Of a stretch of 32,000 bases of DNA, positions 25,733-32,000 are shown piece by piece. Origin of the DNA: Pyrobaculum aerophilum str. IM2 (lineage in GTDB: Archaea; Thermoproteota; Thermoprotei; Thermoproteales; Thermoproteaceae); NCBI RefSeq assembly GCF_000007225.1, contig NC_003364.1, forward strand, positions 420,001-452,000, given 5' to 3'. A model generated the notes under the pieces. The model saw nothing but the letters and a program-made list of their open reading frames with translations. It was not told the DNA's origin and did not search any database. Each line of letters opens with the position of its first letter. Position 1 is the stretch's first letter. Position numbers and translations under genes: made by a program.

Positions 25733-26094
25733 TGAAGACACCGCTCGGCATCTTCATATAATTTTTTCAACTCAGTTGCTGTTAACTTGCGCCTTTCAGC
25801 CCTCTGCATAAGTATTTTTGCCGCTAGTAATTTGGCATTTTTCTCATCTAGTTCTTTCAATAGTTGTGCCAAGAGTTCTTCACAATTTTCCACGGGGGCG
25901 TCAATAAATTTCTCAAAAAGTTTAGCCTTTTTAACCTCTGTTTCAATCCACATATAATCCGGCTGAGGCATAGGCCATTTATACCCGCATTTTTTGCACA
26001 CATATTCGTTTGTGGGCAATAGCACTATATCACGTGAACCACATTTAGGACATACCACGACGTATATAAGTCTAGATTTTAAATTTATTAACAA
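25729..26094 (-). CDS. Hypothetical zinc-ribbon protein with a helical C-terminal tail
   Basis: CPKCGSRD ... CKKCGY is followed by a charged helical tail. Its ends overlap both fni (7 nt) and the MoaC-like gene. Confidence 0.5.
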
Positions 26095-27146
26095 GTAAGG
26101 CGTCTTTGCTCTATCCAGTTCCTAAGCCGCGGGCCGTAAACACGCGGTACTAGGGCGAGTTCTTGTACCGTACGCGCGCCAGTGAGAAACATCGCAGTCT
26201 TCAGCTCGGCTATTATCATTGCAATTTCCTCTCGCAGTCTGCCGTCAAGCGCGGCTTTTAACAGGGGCTGGGACATGGTAAAGAAGTTTGCCCCCAGCGC
26301 TATTGCCTTCGCGCCGTCGAGGCCGCTTCTAATTCCGCCCGACGCTATTAAGTAGCCCGCATAGGCGGATTTCACTTCACATATAGATGCGGCGGTGGGG
26401 ATCCCCCACCATTTATACGTCTCTGCAAGCCTTTTTTGCAGTGGAGACTCCTTTGCCCGCGCGCCCTCTATTGCCACAAAAGACGTGCCGCCGAAGCCCC
26501 CCACGTCTATTGCATCGGCTATACCGGAAAGCCGCGCGGCCACCTCTTTTGAAATGCCGTTACCAGTCTCTTTAACTATCAAGGGTTTCCCCGCGGCCCT
26601 CTTTACAATTTTTAATTTTTCCAAGACGCCTTTAAAGCGCGGCTCCCCCTCTGGCTGTACGACCTCTTGCGCCGCGTTTAGGTGTATGGCTATTGCATAT
26701 GCGTCTATCATGTCGATAGCTTGTACAACCCACTCTTCAAGCTCCCTCTCGCCGAGCTCGGCCAGTTGCGGAGCGCCTAGGTTAGCGACTTTAGGCACAT
26801 GCGGAGCGTTTTGCTTAACAACTTCAAACGTCCACTTAACCTCCGGCTTTACTAAGGCTATTCTCTGCGAGCCGACGTAAATAGGAATTCCGAACTCCTC
26901 AGCGGCTTTGGCCAACTCCGCATTTATCTTCCCGGCCAGCTCAGTCCCCCCCGTCATAGCTCCTATTCCAAACGGCGCCTTTACTGGAGCGCCTAGAAAG
27001 CGAGTGGTTAAGTCAACCTCAGAGAGATCTATCTCCGGCAAAGCGTTGTGTATTAGTACGACCTCTTCAAACCAAGCGCTACCTATTTGCGAGAGTTCTG
27101 AAGACGCTAAATAAATGTGGTCGTCCTTCCTTTTGTCTATGCCCAT
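26088..27146 (-). CDS. fni: Type 2 (FMN-dependent) isopentenyl-diphosphate delta-isomerase
   Basis: The N-terminus is RKDDHI. MTGG is present, along with a [16 protein letters not shown]-barrel phosphate-binding pattern. Length is 352 aa. Confidence 0.85.
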   Translation of the reverse strand: MGIDKRKDDHIYLASSELSQIGSAWFEEVVLIHNALPEIDLSEVDLTTRFLGAPVKAPFGIGAMTGGTELAGKINAELAKAAEEFGIPIYVGSQRIALVKPEVKWTFEVVKQNAPHVPKVANLGAPQLAELGERELEEWVVQAIDMIDAYAIAIHLNAAQEVVQPEGEPRFKGVLEKLKIVKRAAGKPLIVKETGNGISKEVAARLSGIADAIDVGGFGGTSFVAIEGARAKESPLQKRLAETYKWWGIPTAASICEVKSAYAGYLIASGGIRSGLDGAKAIALGANFFTMSQPLLKAALDGRLREEIAMIIAELKTAMFLTGARTVQELALVPRVYGPRLRNWIEQRRLTC

Positions 27147-27886
27147 TACTGCTTCTGTTGCGCCCTAGCCCTCACACAGCCTCTGCCAGTACATCTCGAG
27201 CCAATAAAACCAACCTTCTGGCCTGGAGGCGCCGTTTTAGGCACAGGCGTGCCTCCCTTCTGGTGCGAACCTCCGCCGTGTGGATGCGCATATGGAGACA
27301 TGGCCTTACCTCTCACTGTCGGGTACTTCCACGCCTTTGCTCTAGCTCTGTGGTACTTCTTGCCGGCCTTTAAAAACGGTTTCTCTATCCTGCCTCCCCC
27401 TGCAACAATGCCCACAGTCGCCCTGCCTCTCGAGTCCACTTCCACAGTCCTACCGCTGGGGAGTCTTATTATTGTCTTATTCTCCTCCGGCTTCTGGCCT
27501 ATAACTACTGCGTAAGTGCCGCCCGCCCTCGCGAACTTGCCCCCATCCCCAGCTCTTTTCTCGACGTTGAAAATCATAGTACCCTCTGGGATTTCTCCAA
27601 GGATCATAATATTCCCCGTTTTTGGCGACGCGCCTTTGCCTATTTCCACTACCTGCCCCACATAAAGACCCTCTGCCGCGTAATTGAAAAACTCAACGCC
27701 GTTTTCAGTTACAATCTTCGCCACGGGGGCATTGAGGCCGGGCTCATGAAGTATATCAACTACATACCCCTTACCTGAAATAACGCCTAGCGGCGGATAC
27801 CTCACGGGACCGTCTCTCTTCCAACTCGGCGACCTGAACTGCGAGCCTCCTCTACCACGCCGCTGGACAAGAATCCTTTTACCCAT
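27146..27886 (-). CDS. rpl2: Ribosomal protein uL2
   Basis: [22 protein letters not shown] ... [17 protein letters not shown] ... HPHGGG. The start is set at ATG 27886, where a TATA lies about 25-30 nt upstream. The ORF-track GTG at 27907 abuts that TATA. Confidence 0.9.
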   Translation of the reverse strand: MGKRILVQRRGRGGSQFRSPSWKRDGPVRYPPLGVISGKGYVVDILHEPGLNAPVAKIVTENGVEFFNYAAEGLYVGQVVEIGKGASPKTGNIMILGEIPEGTMIFNVEKRAGDGGKFARAGGTYAVVIGQKPEENKTIIRLPSGRTVEVDSRGRATVGIVAGGGRIEKPFLKAGKKYHRARAKAWKYPTVRGKAMSPYAHPHGGGSHQKGGTPVPKTAPPGQKVGFIGSRCTGRGCVRARAQQKQ

Positions 27887-27907
27887 CGCGCTCTGGAGTG
27901 AGAACAC

Positions 27908-27924
27908 TTTTTAAATATTTTTTA
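27908..27924. promoter_or_regulatory. AT-rich near-palindromic TATA element upstream of uL2, possibly bidirectional
   Basis: The sequence is TTTTTAAATATTTTTTA. It lies about 24-34 nt from the uL2 ATG on the minus strand, and about 20-25 nt upstream of the C/D-like element that starts at about 27935 on the plus strand. Confidence 0.45.
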
Positions 27925-27932
27925 CCACCACC

Positions 27933-27986
27933 ACGTGACGAAATGCGCCTCGCCTGATTTGTGACGATCGTCACGGCACACTGAAC
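27933..27986 (+). ncRNA. Candidate C/D box-like sRNA with variant boxes (alternative: protein-binding palindrome)
   Basis: Elements in order: GTGACGA (27935-41), a 12-nt spacer, CTGA (27954-57), 3 nt, GTGACGA (27961-67), a 13-nt spacer, then CTGA (27981-84). The spacing is that of a C/D sRNA, but both C-type boxes read UGACGA rather than UGAUGA. Confidence 0.3.
27961..27974. promoter_or_regulatory. Perfect 14-bp palindrome GTGACGATCGTCAC, with an extra GTGACGA half-site at 27935-27941
   Basis: The palindrome was read directly. It sits 13 nt upstream of the eS17 TATA (ATTTAAATAC, 27987-27996) in the uL2/eS17 divergent region. Confidence 0.3.
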
Positions 27987-27996
27987 ATTTAAATAC
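27987..27996 (+). promoter_or_regulatory. TATA box of rps17e
   Basis: ATTTAAATAC is centred about 25 nt upstream of the ATG at 28017. Confidence 0.5.
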
Positions 27997-28016
27997 TAAT
28001 TACTGGTTGTGGCGCT

Positions 28017-28232
28017 ATGGGTCGCGTGAGACCACGGTATATTAAATCGCTTGGAGAGAAACTCTTAGAGATGTATCCAGACAAGTTCACTGACAACTTT
28101 GAAGAGAATAAAAAAGCCGTTGCGGAGCTAGCAGATATACCTAGCAAGACTGTGAGAAACAAAGTCGCGGGCTATATCACAAGGTTGGTCAAAAGGCGTA
28201 AAGCACAAGAAAAAGCCGAGTCGGCGGCGTAG
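28017..28232 (+). CDS. rps17e: Ribosomal protein eS17
   Basis: [33 protein letters not shown] is a typical S17e N-terminus. Length is 71 aa. Confidence 0.85.
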   Translation: MGRVRPRYIKSLGEKLLEMYPDKFTDNFEENKKAVAELADIPSKTVRNKVAGYITRLVKRRKAQEKAESAA

Positions 28233-28234
28233 AT

Positions 28235-28924
28235 ATGCCCTTAGCCAAGGGCGATTACATACTACTCGACTATACTGTTATTGTAAAAGACGAGGGTAAA
28301 GTTATTGAAACAAGCCAAGAGTCTGTGGCGAAAGAGGCTGGTATATACCGCCCTGAGGACGTATACGGGCCCAGGCTAGTAATTATAGGCGAAACACCCC
28401 TATGGGAGCCCGTGGAAAACGCCTTGTTAAACTTAGAGGAGGGGCAGGAGTTCGAAGTGGAAGTGCCGCCTGAGAAGGCATATGGCGTCAGAGACCCCAA
28501 TAAGGTCAAAATTGTCTCTATTAGGGAGTTCCACAGACACGGCGTGGTTCCTAGCGTAGGCGATGTCGTAGATTACGAGGGACAACGCGCAAGAGTTATT
28601 TCCATTTCAGGCGGGCGCGTCGTATTAGACTTCAACCACCCCTTGGCCGGAAAGGCGTTTTTAGTAAAAGGCCGCGTTGTGAAGAAGTTAAGCACATTGG
28701 AAGACAAGGCAGTTGCGTTATTGAGGATATATCTGCCCAGAGTATCTGCGGATAAAATAAAGGCTACAATAGAGGGGGAGACGCTAACGGTTACTCTACC
28801 CGCTGAGGTGTTGCTCTATGAACGCATAGGCGGCGTGTTGCTACAATACGCCTCTGAAGTGTCGACGAAGTTCCAAGAGGTGAAAAGAGTGAGGTTTATT
28901 GAAGAGGTGGAGCTCAAGGCTTAG
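28235..28924 (+). CDS. FKBP-type peptidyl-prolyl cis-trans isomerase (long archaeal type with IF insert and C-terminal domain)
   Basis: GDYILLDYTVIVKDEGKVIETS ... FNHPLAGK is the FKBP core. Length is 229 aa. It starts 2 nt after the rps17e stop. Confidence 0.8.
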   Translation: MPLAKGDYILLDYTVIVKDEGKVIETSQESVAKEAGIYRPEDVYGPRLVIIGETPLWEPVENALLNLEEGQEFEVEVPPEKAYGVRDPNKVKIVSIREFHRHGVVPSVGDVVDYEGQRARVISISGGRVVLDFNHPLAGKAFLVKGRVVKKLSTLEDKAVALLRIYLPRVSADKIKATIEGETLTVTLPAEVLLYERIGGVLLQYASEVSTKFQEVKRVRFIEEVELKA

Positions 28925-28959
28925 GATAATACTTAAAAGGAGTTTTCAACACCACTCCG

Positions 28960-29568
28960 ATGACTACTACCGTCGGCATAGCTGTTAAAGACGGCGTAGT
29001 GTTGGCTACTGACAAACGTGTAACTGCCGGCTATTATATTGCACACAAGAGGGGGGAAAAGATATGGAAAATTGACGACCACGTGGCGGCCACAATGTCA
29101 GGGGGAGTGGCCGATTTACAGTCAGTATTATCCTTCTTAACGCTACGCGCCCATGAGTATAAAATAGAGTATAAAAGGCCTATTCCCATCAGCGCGTTAG
29201 TGAACTATATGTCTTTAATTTTATTCTACTCGCGTCCCTATATTTACATAGTACATTCAATTATTGGAGGGGTGGACGAGGAGGAGGGGGCTGTGCTTTA
29301 CATGGTTGACTGGCTAGGCACTGTGACTAAAGAGAAATACATAGCGACTGGAAGCGGCTCGCCTTATGCCAAAGGCGCTTTAGAGGTGGGGTACAGAGAG
29401 GACATGACTCTAGAGGACGCAGTTGATTTAGCCATAAAGGCCGTTAAGGCGGCTATAAGAAACGACCCAGGATCAGGCGAGGGAATTGATGTAGTTGTCA
29501 TAACGAGAAAAGAGGGCTTTAAGAGAGTATTTACAACGCAACAAAAATTAGTATTGCCAAGTCTATAA
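28960..29568 (+). CDS. psmB: Proteasome beta subunit
   Basis: MTTTVGIAVKDGVVLATDKR. Counting from the Thr after the Met places Thr1, Asp17 and Lys33 at the catalytic positions. GSGS is present. TACTTAAAAGG lies about 25 nt upstream of the ATG. Confidence 0.85.
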   Translation: MTTTVGIAVKDGVVLATDKRVTAGYYIAHKRGEKIWKIDDHVAATMSGGVADLQSVLSFLTLRAHEYKIEYKRPIPISALVNYMSLILFYSRPYIYIVHSIIGGVDEEEGAVLYMVDWLGTVTKEKYIATGSGSPYAKGALEVGYREDMTLEDAVDLAIKAVKAAIRNDPGSGEGIDVVVITRKEGFKRVFTTQQKLVLPSL

Positions 29569-30571
29569 TATACTTAAATTCTCAAATAACAATAAATTAA
29601 AATTAATATAAATTGAGAGAAGATAGGCCACAGCTAATATGACAAAAATTATGTGTGGAAATACTAAACCCAAGAGAGTTCCAGTAAACGCCCCTAAATC
29701 CCTCAGTAGATAGTGAAATCCTAAATCGCCGCCTCTATTAGCCAATTTCCTTATGATAAAACCTACAGAGGGCCTATAACTCCCCGCTATAATGTTATCC
29801 ACGAGATATGCCGTAAGGGCTATGTGACCAGAGGTTACAGATAGAGAATACAGAAGGAAGGCCTCAACTGTTCTGAAAATTGCCACGCCTAAGGCGTTAA
29901 ATCTCTTACGGCTTAAGAGCTGTGCTAACGCTCTGATTAACACAGCTAATGAAAGCGTCAGTGGGAGGAGATCTTCCCCGGCTCAGAGCTTTAAAGCTAT
30001 AAGTACAGTAAAGGCGAGACCCACGTGGAGGAAGAACTCCGAAAACGCTATTGGCACAACGCTCTTGGAGACAGTGAGTGTGAGCCGGGAGGTTCTTTGC
30101 GTCTTGAGGGCTAAAAATCGTAAACTGGCGACGGTGTACAATAAATACACGAGCGGCTTGGGGGCTATGTAGGCGGAGATATAGCCAATAGCCATCGCCA
30201 GCTCCGTAACGCCGTAAAGCCTTTTGAAATGTTCGTACTCAAAACCCTCTAAAACTCCCACTATCATTGCGTTGGTGGCAAACCCTCTAAGCCAGCGCCC
30301 TAGGGAGAGTAGGGCGAAGTCCTCGGAAAACCCGGTGAGGATGTTGGCTGAGATGTGCGCCGCCAAAGACGCGCGGATTAAAACGTCGGCGCGAACATCC
30401 ACAAGGAATCCGGAGATCGCCCTAGTTACGGCGAGAGAGATGTAATACCACGCAAAAACGCCGAAAAAACAGTCTTGGATCTAAAACGGCTAAATAAATT
30501 GTGTCAGAAGCAAAAGAGGCTTGAATTATGGAAAGATAGAGAATAAGGCGGTTATACGAAAAACTCCCCAT
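29563..30571 (-). pseudogene. MFS-like transporter gene disrupted by a homopolymer frameshift and an in-frame TGA
   Basis: There are three pieces. Piece 1 runs from ATG 30571 to the A6 run at 30464-30469 (MGSFSYNRLILYLSIIQASFASDTIYLAVLDPRLFF). Piece 2 is in a different frame, down to the TGA at 29983-29985 (GVFAWYYISLAVTRAISGFLVDVRADVL...). Piece 3 is in the same frame as piece 2, running to 29563. Removing one A restores RLFFGVFAWYY. MFS motif-A-like loops are present in both halves. Confidence 0.6.
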
Positions 30572-31004
30572 AAGCTCTGCCGCGTAAAAAGTAATCCTCT
30601 ATGGCCTTTTTAACATACGGAACTGTATTCTCCGGCAGGGAGTTAAGCGGGAAAAAGGCCATGTGATCCGCCTTATCTGGCTCCATGTTCACAGGCGTTC
30701 CCTCGTATTCTAAGGCTTTGAAGAAGAAATCCACGCGGTAATGGCCCTCAAATCTATGCATAACATACGCAAACTCAACGGCTTTTAGCAATATGCCTAT
30801 CTCCTCGCGGGCCTTGCGGATAATTGCTTGAACTGCCGCCTCGCCCTCTTCCACATGCCCCGCAGGCACGCTGTAGAAGCAGTCGAAATAGCCCGTGTTT
30901 TTTCTCCTGAGGAGGAGTATTTTGTTATCTCTTACCTAAAAACAAATGGGACGCAACCACATGACTTGGCCTTTTACCCCGGCATAGGGCCCCAGGGGGA
31001 TCAT
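30552..31004 (-). pseudogene. Nudix hydrolase with a single in-frame TAG (30936-30938)
   Basis: The Nudix box is GHVEEGEAAVQAIIRKAREEIGI. The same frame upstream reads MIPLGPYAGVKGQVMWLRPICF-TAG-VRDNKILLLRRKNTGYFDCFYS, giving 150 codens in total (a typical Nudix size). The first usable start codon after the TAG is the GTG at 30869, right at the box. Confidence 0.65.
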
Positions 31005-31183
31005 TCATATTTCCCTTTATACACGTGCTTAAAAATTAAAGAGCTTTAATTGGCCTTAAAGGCGGGAGGAATTAGTTTCTATACTTAACTTAAGCAAGAC
31101 GGCGCCCCGCCATTTTAGTAATAACGCGCAAGAGGGCTATATCGGCCGAGAGGTTTTATAAAACATTATCTTTTGCCTCTTCT

Positions 31184-32000
31184 ATGCAGATTAGCGATGC
31201 ATGGATTCGGAAGGTGTTCACAGGCAGAGGCGACGTCACAGTGGAGGTGGAGCTAACAGTGGAAGACTCGGTTACTGGCGATGTGTTGGTAACGCGCGCC
31301 GCGGCGCCAGCCGGCGCGTCGCGAGGGGCGCACGAGGTGTTGTATTTCCCCGAGGGCGGAGTCGATGCCGCGTTAGCTGCCTTTGAAAAACTAGTGGCCC
31401 CTGAAATCGTGGGACTGGACGTAACTGAGCCGTATTCTACAGATGGAAAGCTGGAAGAAGTAGACGGCACTCAGAGATTTGAGAAAATAGGCGGCGCAGT
31501 GGCCATCGCCACTTCTTTCGCAGCCGCCGAGGCCGGCGCGGCATCTTTAGGAGTGCCGCTCTACTCCTTTATAGGGGGGGCTTATGCCAGAAGGTTGCCT
31601 CTGCCTCTCGGCAATGTAATTGGAGGCGGCAAGCACAGTAGAGGTCTAGGGCCTGATATTCAGGAGTTCCTCGCCATGCCTCTCAACCCGCCGGATATAT
31701 ACACTGCAGTGTACACCAACGTGGAAATACATAAACGCGTTCTGAAGTATATACTAAAGGTGGACACCTCCTTTACGGGGGGTAAAAACGATGAGGGGGC
31801 TTGGACGCCTCGCATCTCGTCCACTACAGCTCTGAAAATTTTGAGAGAGGCGGCGAGGGAGGTAAGTGGCGAGCTTGGCGTAGAAGTGGGCATTGGCGTA
31901 GATGTCGCCGCGTCTAGCCTGTGGAACGGCGAGAAGTATGTGTATAAAAACGAGGGAGTAGAGCGCGACCCCCGCGAGCAATTTGAATTCATTGCGAAAC
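31184..32000 (+). CDS. eno: Enolase, 5' part (continues past the window end)
   Basis: The sequence reads MQISDAWIRKVFTGRGDVTVEVELTV ... APAGASRGAHEV ... DIQEFLAMP. The frame is open to nt 32000; the ORF track lacks it, presumably because no stop codon falls inside the window. TTTTATAAAA lies about 25 nt upstream of the ATG. Confidence 0.85.
   Translation, partial: MQISDAWIRKVFTGRGDVTVEVELTVEDSVTGDVLVTRAAAPAGASRGAHEVLYFPEGGVDAALAAFEKLVAPEIVGLDVTEPYSTDGKLEEVDGTQRFEKIGGAVAIATSFAAAEAGAASLGVPLYSFIGGAYARRLPLPLGNVIGGGKHSRGLGPDIQEFLAMPLNPPDIYTAVYTNVEIHKRVLKYILKVDTSFTGGKNDEGAWTPRISSTTALKILREAAREVSGELGVEVGIGVDVAASSLWNGEKYVYKNEGVERDPREQFEFIAK

Noticed and set aside
25071-27515. Plus-strand ORFs 25071..25550, 26395..26880, 26908..27114, 27117..27515 and 27158..27373
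   Set aside because: They are antisense to the MoaC-like gene, fni and uL2, all of which have clear family motifs.
29983-30938. Recoding (selenocysteine at the TGA, pyrrolysine at the TAG) as the explanation for the in-frame stops
   Set aside because: No SECIS-like hairpin is evident, and no Sec or Pyl machinery is expected in Thermoproteales. The same locus also carries a plain homopolymer frameshift, so decay or sequencing error is the simpler explanation.
30828-31049. 73-aa plus-strand ORF
   Set aside because: It is antisense to the reconstructed full-length Nudix frame and spans that gene's promoter.
31156-31992. Minus-strand ORFs 31156..31470, 31660..31992 and 31754..31981, plus the plus-strand ORF 31201..31386
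   Set aside because: They are antisense or out of frame relative to the enolase gene, which reads cleanly from ATG 31184 to the window end.
1-32000. Search for tRNA or rRNA genes, CRISPR repeats, IS or transposase genes, integrases, and toxin-antitoxin or defence islands
   Set aside because: No T-loop or acceptor-like sequences, regularly spaced direct repeats, terminal inverted repeats or mobile-element ORFs were seen. Apart from the solitary Mrr-like nuclease, the gene content is housekeeping.

Overview
The window reads as densely packed core chromosome of a Thermoproteales crenarchaeon, Pyrobaculum-like: about 50% GC, many GTG/TTG starts, and AT-rich TATA boxes about 25 nt upstream of start codons (leaderless layout). 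This attribution rests on gene content and style, not on a search. About 45 genes are supported, almost all housekeeping.

- **Energy and ribosome:** A-type ATPase subunits C(?), K and D, uL2, eS17, eL37, Sm, and the GTPases YlqF-like and HflX.
- **Metabolism:** pyrF/pyrB, PMM/PGM, glyA, cdd, type-2 IPP isomerase, a MoaC-like protein, an SDR and enolase.
- **Transcription and tRNA:** TFE, MBF1, ArcTGT plus a separate PUA protein, and a non-catalytic EndA-like subunit.
- **Proteasome:** the beta subunit and a PAC2 chaperone.

I saw no rRNA, tRNA, CRISPR array, IS element or integrase, and no convincing novel multi-gene system.

The items most worth a second look:
1. Two adjacent decayed genes at 29.5-31.0 kb: a Nudix hydrolase with an in-frame TAG, and an MFS-like transporter with an A6/T6 frameshift plus an in-frame TGA.
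2. A canonical C/D box sRNA with its own TATA box at 3.94 kb, invisible to the ORF track.
3. A second C/D-like element, or a palindromic operator, between uL2 and eS17.
4. A 244-247 aa protein that looks like two fused MoaC domains carrying complementary motif loss.
5. An orphan FlaJ/TadC-like plus FlaI/VirB11-like ATPase module with two coupled small genes and no visible pilin.

All family calls come from motif recognition by eye. No database search was run.
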